64,000 nucleotides of DNA. Source: a virus (taxonomy: Duplodnaviria; Caudoviricetes). The notes beneath the pieces are model-generated. The model did not search any database, was not told the DNA's origin, and saw only the letters and a program-made list of their open reading frames with translations. Shown here in pieces: positions 18,388 to 28,121 of the stretch. Made by a program: the position numbers and the translations under genes. The stretch lies in IMG/VR virus record IMGVR_UViG_3300009031_000221, positions 384,001 to 448,000 of that record. One strand, given 5' to 3'. Numbering within the stretch: the first letter of the stretch is position 1; each line of letters begins with the position of its first letter.

Positions 18388-20154
18388 CTACTTGGCGGAC
18401 ACGAACACGATGTCAGTGCGACGGTTCTTCGCACGGCAATCGGCGGTCTTCAGGTTGCACACCGGGCTATCCGGGCCATTGCCCTGAGCCACAACCCGAT
18501 TCTCAGCCAATCCCTGCGAAATCAGGAACTGGCGGACTTCCTCTGCCCGTTGCTGGGACAGGGTGATGTTGCTAGCCTTGCTACCCACGTCATCCGTGTT
18601 GCCCTCGATACGGAAGCCCATGCCCTCTACCAGGCCAACCTGCGTCATGACCTGGGCCTTGAGGATGGAGCGTGCCCCGATGTCAAGCGACTTGGAACCC
18701 GTATCGAAGTTGATCGTAACCGGCTTGACCAGCTTCGGCTCCGCATTGGCAATCACGGTCGGGTTGTAGACGGGCTTCTCCGCCTCAATCGGAACCGCAA
18801 CCGTGCCCGTTGCCTGTGCCGCAGCCGCCCGGTGAGACTTCTCATCCTCGTAGATGGCCTTGATGATGCTACCGTTGCGGAGCTTGCTAGGCACGAACCG
18901 CTGCGTCAGGGCAGGCGAACCATCCGGCTCCGTGTACTCGGACCAGATGCTATCCGCCTGCTTGTAGACCGTATCGAACTTCGGGGCGGATCCGTCAATG
19001 CCGAAGTAGGCGACGTTATCACCCAAATCGTTCCACTTGACCCACTCCAGGGATGCTAACGTAGCGTCGTACTTCAGTTCATCGCGGAAGCGGGGTTCAA
19101 CCGTGGAGATCAACCGTGCCGCCGCCTTCTTGTCCGCGTTGCCGATGCGAGCACCCTCGAGGAAGATGCGGGCAATCTTCTCAGCCACGTCCGGATGTGC
19201 CGCCAAGAAGTCGCTACGAACCAACAGGTTATCGGCAACCAACGTATCCGCCTCCTTCGTGGAGAACACACGGTAGGCACCGGGACGGCAAGCAATCGCC
19301 AAGGACACATCCGGCTCCCACAGGCAAGCCACGTCGATCTTGCCCTGGCAGAACAGGTTCCGGGCGTACGTGTAATCGTCCATGCTGAATGACATGTTGC
19401 CCCGTGCCTTTTGCAGTTCCGTCGGGTTCAAGTCGCCATTGGTCAGCCACATTTCGAAGACCGTGTGGTCAGGCGAGTACTTGAGGACGGCGCCCTTGTG
19501 CGTCAGCATGTCCCGTGGGGACTTGACGGACTTGTCTGCAACGCAAGCGTCACCGCCACGCGACCAGTCGATCTGCATGACCGACACGGCATCCACAAGC
19601 GCCTTGGCGAAGCCCGGCAAGTTGATGGGAAGTTCGTCCGTCGTAGACCAGATGAAGTCCGCCGAACCCGACTGGAGGGCGGCGTTCTTCTTATCCGGCT
19701 CTTCGATAAAGATGAACTCCACGTTCAGGCCCGGGCCACTCTCCGGCTTGAGCACCGAACGAACCGTATTGCAAAAGGAACCTGCCTGGGGCGTCAAGCC
19801 ACCGCAAGCCAGGATGCCCGCCGAGTGACCGGGCCACTGCGACAGGGCAACCTTGCACGGACGCTGGCTGGCGCTACCACAGGAACCGGCAACGCCGGCG
19901 GGGACATTGGCTGCCACAGGCGCCGCAACCGGGACATTGACGACCTTGGTTTCCGGCTGACCCGTGGTTGCGTTGATGACCGGCTTGCCGGCGGCATCCA
20001 GCACGGGAACGGTCTGTTGTACCACCGCTGCCGCTGGCGCTGCAGCCTTGTCGAGGAACTTGGGGCGAACGACGAAGTAGTAAAGGGACGCCACAACGGC
20101 AACAAAGGCAATGCCGAGAACGGCTCGGCCCGCAGGTTGGATCTGAATAGCCAT
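18388..20154 (-). CDS. ABC substrate-binding protein fused to a C-terminal OmpA-like domain
   Basis: N-terminal TM anchor; WPG-type SBP; INFDTG...IEGNTDDVG...LSQQRAEEV...KNRRTD. Confidence 0.9.
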   Translation of the reverse strand: MAIQIQPAGRAVLGIAFVAVVASLYYFVVRPKFLDKAAAPAAAVVQQTVPVLDAAGKPVINATTGQPETKVVNVPVAAPVAANVPAGVAGSCGSASQRPCKVALSQWPGHSAGILACGGLTPQAGSFCNTVRSVLKPESGPGLNVEFIFIEEPDKKNAALQSGSADFIWSTTDELPINLPGFAKALVDAVSVMQIDWSRGGDACVADKSVKSPRDMLTHKGAVLKYSPDHTVFEMWLTNGDLNPTELQKARGNMSFSMDDYTYARNLFCQGKIDVACLWEPDVSLAIACRPGAYRVFSTKEADTLVADNLLVRSDFLAAHPDVAEKIARIFLEGARIGNADKKAAARLISTVEPRFRDELKYDATLASLEWVKWNDLGDNVAYFGIDGSAPKFDTVYKQADSIWSEYTEPDGSPALTQRFVPSKLRNGSIIKAIYEDEKSHRAAAAQATGTVAVPIEAEKPVYNPTVIANAEPKLVKPVTINFDTGSKSLDIGARSILKAQVMTQVGLVEGMGFRIEGNTDDVGSKASNITLSQQRAEEVRQFLISQGLAENRVVAQGNGPDSPVCNLKTADCRAKNRRTDIVFVSAK

Positions 20155-20203
20155 GATGTACTATGCTCCTTTCCAGGGTGACTCGCACCCGGCTGATATC
20201 GAC

Positions 20204-20830
20204 CTAATGGCCGAAGAACTTGATGAGCGCCTTGTAGCGCTCCACAGCGGTAGAAATCGTCTGACGAACACCATCCGCCCGAAGATTCACCGCTTTTGCC
20301 TGCTCCTCGGCCGCCTGTTTGGCTGCCGCCGTATCCTGAACAGCGCCCTCACGGCGCGCCTTCAAGGATGCGATTTGTGCATCAAGATCCACAATGAGGG
20401 CATCCAACTCCGCCTTCCGGGAATCGAATGCCACATTGAGCGCCTTGACACGATCCGCCTCGTCCGATGCGACGAGACCCGTGTACTTATCGAGGATTGC
20501 GACGCGCCGATTGGCGTCCGCCATGACGTGTTCCTCGTCCCAGGTGTTATCCACCGCATCCATTGCCCGCACCATCGCCAACTGCTGCTCCGGGGAGAAT
20601 GGAGCGAGGCTAGCACGCAAAGTGATGACGGTTTCCGCCGAGTTACGCCCGGCTTCCGCACCACCCGCGGCAAGGATCTCCTCCAAAGTCCAATCCAAAG
20701 GCGTCCGCTTGACAGCGGTAGCCGCAGGAGCGGGAGCATCCCCAGTCGGGGCCTCGGGCGCCTCCGGAGCTTCCGATGTAGCGGAATCCGTTGCTGGTGT
20801 AATGGTTACAAGTTTGTCCCAAAAAGCCAT
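20204..20830 (-). CDS. Hypothetical coiled-coil protein, first gene of the ABC operon
   Basis: GAGGT RBS, MAFWDKL start, helical C-terminal half. Confidence 0.7.
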   Translation of the reverse strand: MAFWDKLVTITPATDSATSEAPEAPEAPTGDAPAPAATAVKRTPLDWTLEEILAAGGAEAGRNSAETVITLRASLAPFSPEQQLAMVRAMDAVDNTWDEEHVMADANRRVAILDKYTGLVASDEADRVKALNVAFDSRKAELDALIVDLDAQIASLKARREGAVQDTAAAKQAAEEQAKAVNLRADGVRQTISTAVERYKALIKFFGH

Positions 20831-20884
20831 GTGAACCTCATAAGGATACGTTAGGTCCTTCCCGTACATGGGATGACCCGTCCT

Positions 20885-20911
20885 ATCTACGCAACGATGA
20901 TGAAAAGTAAG
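20885..20911 (-). promoter_or_regulatory. Conserved promoter motif
   Basis: Exact. Confidence 0.8.
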
Positions 20912-20925
20912 TCTAGGCTAGAGCA

Positions 20926-21363
20926 TCAAGTCTCAGGCAGTGTTCTATGCAGTGCCCTACGGGCGGCTGCGATGATGCCCATAGCCTTCACACCGTACTC
21001 ATACTTGTTAGGGCCTGAATTGTAGGCTATCAAGGCACGGCACGAATTAATGTCCCTTGTTTTCCGGCAATAGCTCAAGGCCTCCTTCGACGCACTGGAC
21101 AAACCTACAGCACGGATCCTATTCCGAAGAGATATAACTCCAATGTGGATACACCGTTCGGCACCCTTCTCCCTAGCCATCTTCCCATAGCATCCACGGA
21201 CACCCATGGGGTTATTCTCGTGCAAACCGCTTTCCATGACCCCGATAGACAATGCCATCATCGGATCTACTTCCTGTTGGATTGCTTCCTTCTCGATTTG
21301 CGAGGCAATCTGTGGATCGCCCTTACTGCAAATAAGAAGAATCGCTACAACAAATGGACTCAT
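20926..21363 (-). CDS. Lytic transglycosylase (SLT)-like protein
   Basis: DPMMALSIGVMESG, IAYNSG. Confidence 0.65.
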   Translation of the reverse strand: MSPFVVAILLICSKGDPQIASQIEKEAIQQEVDPMMALSIGVMESGLHENNPMGVRGCYGKMAREKGAERCIHIGVISLRNRIRAVGLSSASKEALSYCRKTRDINSCRALIAYNSGPNKYEYGVKAMGIIAAARRALHRTLPET

Positions 21364-21541
21364 TCACGCCTCATGCCGAAACCCGTTCGGCGTTTGCCTC
21401 CTAGCCCTATATGGACTGAGGGTCAAAAATTGGATGATCCGTCAGAACCTGCATCGTTGATCATCCAATACCCCATCTAAGGTAAGAACGATCTACGCGG
21501 GATGGATCAAATTCACGTTCGCTATCCAAATGGAATCCAAA

Positions 21542-21982
21542 ATGAACCCTTTGATTACAGTCATTGCCAACCGCTATCTAAAGGCATTTGGTATAGCACG
21601 AATCGAACAACACCTGATTGACATTCAGGGAATTGCCAAGAACCTTCGCTCGTATCTAGACCTAGTTGAAGACCTAATTGCGGCCGGAGAACGGCGGCGT
21701 GTAGGTCGGGTATCCGATATCAACGTAGGTCCAATTCGCTTTGATGGTCAAAAGGTTGAAGCCAAAGTGGCAGGTACTACCGGCAGCTACGATACCAGGA
21801 TTACAGTATTTCCGCAACGGGGTCACCACTGTACTTGTGTCGATTGGGAAAAGAATGGAAAGAAGGTTGGCCCTTGCAAGCATGTCCTAGCTTTGGGCAT
21901 TGCCTGGAAGACAGAATCTCTAATGCCTACCGTAGATAACATTGACGACACTCTCAAGGAAATCGTAGACCGGGGGATCTAA
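21542..21982 (+). CDS. SWIM zinc-finger protein
   Basis: CTCVDW...PCKHVLA. Confidence 0.85.
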   Translation: MNPLITVIANRYLKAFGIARIEQHLIDIQGIAKNLRSYLDLVEDLIAAGERRRVGRVSDINVGPIRFDGQKVEAKVAGTTGSYDTRITVFPQRGHHCTCVDWEKNGKKVGPCKHVLALGIAWKTESLMPTVDNIDDTLKEIVDRGI

Positions 21983-22233
21983 TCGTCATCCGGGACAAGG
22001 GTGTAGCCGTTCTTCGGGGCCTTCGGTACTTCTACTGGCGTATCGTCCGTCTCATCCTTGGGATCGATACAACCAGCAATGACCTTAGCCATTGCGACAC
22101 AATGGTCGTTCGTGCAGCAACGAATCATGCTGAGCCCATACACGACCTCTTGGGTCGCGGGTTCCGTGCTGCACACGATACATTCATCCTTCTGGAACGG
22201 GGACTTGGGCCTGATGGTCATCTTACGGGACAT
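21979..22233 (-). CDS. Small Cys-containing hypothetical protein
   Basis: CIVC...CCTNDHC. Confidence 0.55.
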   Translation of the reverse strand: MSRKMTIRPKSPFQKDECIVCSTEPATQEVVYGLSMIRCCTNDHCVAMAKVIAGCIDPKDETDDTPVEVPKAPKNGYTLVPDDD

Positions 22234-23365
22234 TGTTTCCTCGCTCAATCGCAATGATGGCTTCCCGCAATGCCTCGAAGTCTTGATCTGAATTGTGCCG
22301 CTGCACGGCCTTGCGGTAGGCCTCATCGGTCGTATCCCAGTTGCCGAAGCACGATGCCGTGGAAGTTGTCAAGCCCTCGTTGTTGAGTCCCACAAAGATC
22401 GGCAAATTTGATCCCCGTTGACGGCAGCATTCGATGACACGATAGGTATCCCGCAAGGTTGGCGGCGTGTAATTCGATGCCTCAAACTGCTTGTAAAGCT
22501 CCGAACCAATGGCAGCAAATGCCGGATTGAGCCTAATGGATACCGGAAGCCCATAGAACTCCCCAAGCTTGTCCAAGTGGACGATCGTTTCCGTAGCCTC
22601 CGCAATGGCTTCCGAATCGGTCATGCCGGCGGCAGGCTTGAGCATGACATATTCATCCAACATGATGGGATATCGCGGAACATGAAACGCATGCGTATCG
22701 GCATACATGACTTGTTCACACAGGGCGAAGAAGTCCTGCACATGGTTCTCCGCATAGCCCTTGAACAGGATGGCATTGCGGAGGTACGGGTCTTGTGTTT
22801 CGTATCCCCCAGAGAACTGCAGGCTGATCTTCTTGAGGGGCATGGAGGTGCGGATGCAATCGTAGACCCATCCGATAACTTCCGCAGTGACGGTCTCGAA
22901 CCGTGTCTCCAAGCAAATAACCTTCAGGTCAGGGCAATTGGCTATCGCTTGTCTAATGGCGAATTCGAGGCATACACGGGGCATTGTATCCCCGTCAAGG
23001 ATACTCCCGTTGTTGGACAGGAATACCCGTTGCACCTGACTCAGTTGTGCCTCATCCAGGGCATCGAATGCCTGCGTCACCTGATCATTGATCTCAACAG
23101 GAGCCAATGCTACTGGCGATGATTGCGAGGGCAACGTACAGAAAGAACACCGCTTCCATCGGCAGGGCTTCGTGTAGAGGGCAAGGAAGATCTCTTTGCC
23201 CAAGGGCGTGTCCTGGAACCATGAGAAGATCGGAGTGCGGTGGTTATGCTGTGTGTCGCCCGCTATGTTGACAGCAGGCACCGTCCCTGTAACACGAATC
23301 AACTTGGTGTGGTCCAACACGCGAACGGTGGGGACAGGAAGATGAGCGGTTTCGATATGGTGCAT
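22223..23365 (-). CDS. Radical SAM protein resembling the TIGR01210/RaSEA group
   Basis: TKPCRWKRCSFC, NNGSILD, ETRFE, GYETQD...KG, YVMLKP. Confidence 0.7.
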   Translation of the reverse strand: MHHIETAHLPVPTVRVLDHTKLIRVTGTVPAVNIAGDTQHNHRTPIFSWFQDTPLGKEIFLALYTKPCRWKRCSFCTLPSQSSPVALAPVEINDQVTQAFDALDEAQLSQVQRVFLSNNGSILDGDTMPRVCLEFAIRQAIANCPDLKVICLETRFETVTAEVIGWVYDCIRTSMPLKKISLQFSGGYETQDPYLRNAILFKGYAENHVQDFFALCEQVMYADTHAFHVPRYPIMLDEYVMLKPAAGMTDSEAIAEATETIVHLDKLGEFYGLPVSIRLNPAFAAIGSELYKQFEASNYTPPTLRDTYRVIECCRQRGSNLPIFVGLNNEGLTTSTASCFGNWDTTDEAYRKAVQRHNSDQDFEALREAIIAIERGNNVP

Positions 23366-23372
23366 GTGTTCC

Positions 23373-23843
23373 TTAGAGTTCCAACTTCAAGCCAATACCC
23401 AAATGACCCGGCAACAAGTCCCACTTGCCGATCTTTTTCAGTTCCTTTTCGATCAAATGCCAATCCGTGGCACCTTCAAAGCCCGCCTTGTCATCCAACA
23501 GCACGTTGAAGTAGAACTTCTTGCTGAAGTTGCACATTTCCGTGTCCGGGCATTCGGGATTCTCGTTGATGTAATCGAACTTGACGCCCTGATCCGCCAA
23601 ACCCGCAAGGACATCCTTGGTGGCATCATCATACGAACATGACCAGAGGATCAGGCGGACTTCAGGGCGCTTTGTCCATTGCCGCAGCACTTCCAAAGCG
23701 TTGGGCATGTACTGCGCCCCGACATTGTGTCGGTTGTACTTCCCCTCCAGGATGACATCATGCACGTCGATGCAGATATAGATGGTGTCCCATCCACGGG
23801 GGATCATATCATCGTATGCCCGTTTGATATTGAAGAGGTTCAT
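23373..23843 (-). CDS. HAD-superfamily phage protein
   Basis: ICIDVHDVI, LLDDKAGF. Confidence 0.7.
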   Translation of the reverse strand: MNLFNIKRAYDDMIPRGWDTIYICIDVHDVILEGKYNRHNVGAQYMPNALEVLRQWTKRPEVRLILWSCSYDDATKDVLAGLADQGVKFDYINENPECPDTEMCNFSKKFYFNVLLDDKAGFEGATDWHLIEKELKKIGKWDLLPGHLGIGLKLEL

Positions 23844-24553
23844 GCCACCACCATGCAAGTAGGTTTGATGCCAAAGGTATTGTGCGACCACCAATGCTCC
23901 AGGCCACTTTGGACAACCAGCATCGTGACCTGATAGGCCAGGATGGACATCCATGGGACGAACCCAAGCAATGCGAACAGAGCCGTGGTCATGACGAAAG
24001 CCGACACGCCTCGATAGGTCAAGGTCTTGAGGATGATACGCTTATGTGCGACATGATCCGAATCGTCGATCCCGTAGTTCGAATCGTGCCAAATCCGCTC
24101 ATGGACGAACCCGAATGCCGCCATCAGCAAGGCATATCCGGTCAGCATCCACAGGCCAAGCCCAAGGCTATGCAGCACCAACCAAAAGCAAGCGAGGCTA
24201 CTGATGCGGTAGCTGAATACCTTGAACATGGAACGCCATGATGTGGAATGCGCCGAACGATCGGGTTCCCACGGCTCCCGCCCCTTGTAGCGATCCCATG
24301 TCCTGAATGCCCACAGGAGAACGGGGTAGACGATCGGCTCGAAGTGGAATATGAGGAACAGCGGAATCAGTTGCGGGGCGCCCATCTTCCATGAGATCAG
24401 GGGCAGGATAATGTCCTCGATGCACTCCCAGATCACGGCAGCGATCACGAACCGACGACCGTACTTCTTCCCCAGGCCCTTGATCTCACGCCATGTTCCC
24501 ATGACGTTGATCTTTTCCCAGGCCTCTTCCGCAGCCCATTTCAGGATGTTCAT
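23840..24553 (-). CDS. Membrane protein with two DUF2061-like repeats
   Basis: KVFSYR...HERIW and KTLTYR...EHWW. Confidence 0.55.
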   Translation of the reverse strand: MNILKWAAEEAWEKINVMGTWREIKGLGKKYGRRFVIAAVIWECIEDIILPLISWKMGAPQLIPLFLIFHFEPIVYPVLLWAFRTWDRYKGREPWEPDRSAHSTSWRSMFKVFSYRISSLACFWLVLHSLGLGLWMLTGYALLMAAFGFVHERIWHDSNYGIDDSDHVAHKRIILKTLTYRGVSAFVMTTALFALLGFVPWMSILAYQVTMLVVQSGLEHWWSHNTFGIKPTCMVVA

Positions 24554-24780
24554 GACTTGATCCCCCGATCCAACCATGCCTGGGTATGTGCATGTCGCTC
24601 TGCCCGGGTTGTTGGGGGGTGCTTGTATTGCATATCCGCATGGTGGGTCCACAAGGCCCACACGATCTTGTTGGCTCGATTCTCCACGAAGCGCTTCACG
24701 TGATGAATGCCCCGGAGGTAGTAATGCCAGAACTTCCGATTCAGATACGGCAAGTCCTTCGGCCCGTCATGTTGTTCCAT
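24550..24780 (-). CDS. Hypothetical protein, first gene after promoter 24816
   Basis: AAGGAAC RBS. Confidence 0.7.
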   Translation of the reverse strand: MEQHDGPKDLPYLNRKFWHYYLRGIHHVKRFVENRANKIVWALWTHHADMQYKHPPTTRAERHAHTQAWLDRGIKS

Positions 24781-24815
24781 GGTAGTTCCTTAGGCATCAT
24801 CTGTGCCCGTAGATT

Positions 24816-24842
24816 AGCTACGCTGATTATGTGGAAAGTAAG
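24816..24842 (-). promoter_or_regulatory. Conserved promoter motif (variant) + hairpin
   Basis: GCGTAGCT; GGCA-CAGATGA-TGCC. Confidence 0.75.
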
Positions 24843-24844
24843 TC

Positions 24845-25318
24845 TTAGAGATTTGCAACCAAGTACTTCAACACGTATTCAGTGACATACTGTTGAACGG
24901 CTACCCGATCAAGACCTTCGGGGACGGAGACAAGCCCTCCATCAACGTAGCCCGCATTGTCAGCAATGGCGAAGTAGGCAAAGGGTTCCTTGATATTTCC
25001 ATCCGGCCAGAGTTCCGCATAGCCCGTGGTAGCAACGCCAATGTCCGAATCGAACAACTCGCGAACGCCCATAGCCATTTGCGATGCAACCCCCAAGGAA
25101 ACGCAGTTGCATATCTTGGCGTCTTCCTCATTGACCCAGAGCAGCTTGACCTTTGCTTCCAGGCAGTAGGCAGTCACGCCTCCACGGAAGTAGGCGGATG
25201 ACCCGGACACGGAGGAGAAAGCAGCCTGGAGGTTGCCCGCGGTGATGCTCTCCGCCACGGCGATAGTGATGCCGTTGGGCTTGAGCCTTTGACCGATGGT
25301 TGCAGCGTATTCGTTCAT
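24845..25318 (-). CDS. pncC: CinA C-terminal / NMN deamidase
   Basis: AVAESITAG...SGSSAYFRGGVTAY...ATTGYA. Confidence 0.9.
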   Translation of the reverse strand: MNEYAATIGQRLKPNGITIAVAESITAGNLQAAFSSVSGSSAYFRGGVTAYCLEAKVKLLWVNEEDAKICNCVSLGVASQMAMGVRELFDSDIGVATTGYAELWPDGNIKEPFAYFAIADNAGYVDGGLVSVPEGLDRVAVQQYVTEYVLKYLVANL

Positions 25319-25343
25319 GTGTCTCCCCTGAGGCTTTTTCTTA

Positions 25344-25370
25344 GACTACGCCCTACGGAGTAGAAGTAAG
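25344..25370 (-). promoter_or_regulatory. Conserved promoter motif (variant)
   Basis: GCGTAGTC. Confidence 0.75.
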
Positions 25371-25886
25371 TCCCCCAGGAACCGAACACATGTCATGTGC
25401 CAACTGCGTCATGCCACACTGGACGCACGTTCTTGTCTCGCCTATCCACAAGTCGGTTGATTCCATTTGGACGCCCCAGACGTGACCACAGGAGTTTTCA
25501 TCGCCACCCTGCCTACATGTACACTGGCAATCAATCGCGACACTATCCTGACACTTTCCCGACAATGTGTCGGGATTACTGTCGCGATTACTGTCGGGTT
25601 CCTTGCCCTCATAGATGTGCAGAATCCGTTGCCCGCCCCAGAACGTTGTCGTTCCCAGGTACACCCACAACCCTTCCGGCAAATCCGAGTAGGATGCAGC
25701 GACGTAGATATGTCGCTTGACTAGTTCATCTTCGGGGTCGCATTCATACCATAGGCATACATGGGAACCAATGTTGCCAACGGTACGAAACGTCGAGTAC
25801 CTTGGAAGTTCAATCTCGTTCCAATGGTCGCACTTGTCGGATACAGAATAGCTGATGAGACGACGGGGTGCCATGAGATCCTCCAC
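25353..25886 (-). CDS. DUF7352-like phage protein
   Basis: VCLWYECDP...KRHIYV...YLGT...LHIYE. Confidence 0.45.
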   Translation of the reverse strand: MEDLMAPRRLISYSVSDKCDHWNEIELPRYSTFRTVGNIGSHVCLWYECDPEDELVKRHIYVAASYSDLPEGLWVYLGTTTFWGGQRILHIYEGKEPDSNRDSNPDTLSGKCQDSVAIDCQCTCRQGGDENSCGHVWGVQMESTDLWIGETRTCVQCGMTQLAHDMCSVPGGLTSTP

Positions 25887-25913
25887 AATAGGAGGCCCAC
25901 AATACCCATCAGA

Positions 25914-26519
25914 TCATCGGGAGGGATCCGGGTAGATCGCACCTTCCCAGGGAAAGAGCGCATTGATGCGATCCCCTTGAATGATCGAAGCACATGCGTT
26001 CAACGCCCGTTTGCGGTATGCCGTCCGTGGGGGTTTTCCTGCTTCGGTCAGGAAGCGGGCTTTCATGGGTACCGTTTCCATGTCTATTTTGCCCCTAGTT
26101 GCAAGATCCCGAACATGAATGAACTCCATCCGCGTCATTGACGCGAAATAATTCAGCGTTATCTGTTTGGAGGACGCAATCAACCATTCCAGGTCGTCAC
26201 TGTCCAGACGAACCCTGCAAAATGCACTATTTGACCGTTCCCGTTCGATTGGCCGGGGAGGTCGACTGAGGATCCATAGATCCTCCCTTTCAATAGGTTC
26301 CCCCGATTCCCCGCAAGGGACATAGATGTACATAGCCATCTACTTGTCCTTGAGGCGATTCCAGTAGTGGGTAATCGCCAGGAACACCCGCTGCATGCGG
26401 TTCCTGCCAACGTGGGACTGCCTTTCCCAATACAAATCCTCAGCCATAGCCTCCGGACTACGGATGACTTTGACCTTTGGCGTGGCACACTTGCAATCAG
26501 TACACTTATGGCAACTCAT
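25914..26519 (-). other. Two hypothetical CDSs: 25914-26339 and 26340-26519 (59 aa, not in track)
   Basis: Abutting ORFs; the second reads MSCHKCTDCKC...RLKDK*. Confidence 0.6.
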
Positions 26520-26996
26520 CTAACCCTCCGCAATTGTCCCGGTGAACCACTTGGCCATGTCGGGATCGTTGTATGTGTCAATTCCAAAATGCCCGAGCTT
26601 CGTTTTGCCCGTCATCGGTGGGGGCAACTCCATCGGCAGCCCCGGATTGTGATTCGCCGGTTTGAGATTCGCCGGGTTCGGAGGAATGTCCTCCTCGTAC
26701 GTCTCCATCATCTTCCCGTCTTGGACAAATCCAACCACGGCCTCCCACGGGATGACAACCTTGCCAAGCTTCCCGCCGAAGGACAGGCCCGCTTCGATGC
26801 ATTCATCCGTCACTTTGAATCCCGGCATGTGGAATTTGTGGGAGAAGTTCAGCATCATGGCCTTGTATTGCCCTGGTTCCCCCGCAACACGCCCAGGCAA
26901 TACCACTCCCGGTGCGAATTGATTGAGAAATACAGCGGTTTTGCCCATGCCCAGGAGCGTCTCGAAGGCGAGACGCTTTTCAACGTTCGTTGCCAT
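26520..26996 (-). CDS. sspB: SspB-like ClpXP adaptor
   Basis: PGVVLP...LNFS...GLSFGG...VIPWEAV. Confidence 0.7.
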   Translation of the reverse strand: MATNVEKRLAFETLLGMGKTAVFLNQFAPGVVLPGRVAGEPGQYKAMMLNFSHKFHMPGFKVTDECIEAGLSFGGKLGKVVIPWEAVVGFVQDGKMMETYEEDIPPNPANLKPANHNPGLPMELPPPMTGKTKLGHFGIDTYNDPDMAKWFTGTIAEG

Positions 26997-27004
26997 GTTC
27001 TGCC

Positions 27005-27821
27005 TCACTTATTGTAGGTTGCACACGTTGGAATGCAGTTCGTCTGAGCGGTCTTGGCGCACTGGGTCAAGCACAGATCCACACGGTGGTTCTGGCAACC
27101 CTGAACCACCGCCGTATTGCACACGTAGAACAGCGCAATCCAAAATATGGCGTAGACGATATTGAGAGTGATGTCATCCCAAGTACGAATGTTGAGAGGC
27201 TTGATGGGGACATCGGAATCGCTCATGAATCACTCCTACCAGGGCAAACGGGCTTGCATTCCCATGACGTGTCTTCCCCACAGGAAGAACAGTAGCGACC
27301 GGAACCGGTATGCCCACCAGGCTTCTTGCGTCGTTCCCGCACAATGAGGCCCAGGGCAAGCAAAAGCAGGCACCCCAGTCCCCCGAACAATATGGTTTCA
27401 GCCGTCATGGTGTCCTATGAGTGAAGCCCTGAGTCACAGGGCTCCTGCTTGGAACGATCCGCCCCGCAGATGTGGCAAAACCGTCCCGCAGCCGGATGTT
27501 GGTAGGGGGGCGCTACTACAGCCTTGGGGGCATAGCGATTGGTCAAGTATTTCCCCAATAGCGTCATCAACATGCCAAGGCTTACTAGGAAAACCCCGCC
27601 GAAGAACAGGAGTGCGAAGAGCGTGCCCATGGTTAATGACCCCAGGTGAACGTGGAAGGGAAGGGTGCCTTGCAAGCCGTGATGCAGGTAGCATCCGTGC
27701 CGCACTTGTCGATGCATTGCTGCATCATCTTGTCCTGGTCACACCCGCGACCGAGGACGCAAAGCCCGAGGATTAGGATGACAATGAACGCGCCTTTGGC
27801 GATTTCAAGAATGTGGGGCAT
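27005..27821 (-). other. Four single-TM, Cys-rich mini-proteins: 27005-27226, 27223-27408, 27415-27630, 27633-27821
   Basis: Each has an N-terminal TM helix then a Cys cluster. Confidence 0.7.
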
Positions 27822-28048
27822 TACTTGCTCGCCTTGGGGTCGAAGTGCGGGCGATGGCACTTGACGCAGAGGTGGTTGCCATCGGGGGAGAAGCGAAGGG
27901 TGTGGCCTTCCTCGCACTGGATGTTCAGGCGGATGACCTGGAGGTTCCGCATCGTCCGCAGCTTCTCGCTCAGGGAGAGCGGCTGGCGCAGCTTGGCCGG
28001 CAGGGTGCGGGAGAGAACCTTGGCACGATTGAAAGCATTGAGCGTCAT
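27821..28048 (-). CDS. Small zinc-ribbon-like protein
   Basis: CEEGH...CVKC; follows promoter 28095. Confidence 0.6.
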   Translation of the reverse strand: MTLNAFNRAKVLSRTLPAKLRQPLSLSEKLRTMRNLQVIRLNIQCEEGHTLRFSPDGNHLCVKCHRPHFDPKASK

Positions 28049-28094
28049 GGTGTCCGATTCCTTGAGGGCTGGTTGTTCGCGTGCCCTACCCCCT

Positions 28095-28121
28095 ATCTAC
28101 GCTGAACCTTAGGAAAGTAAG
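28095..28121 (-). promoter_or_regulatory. Conserved promoter motif
   Basis: Exact. Confidence 0.8.
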
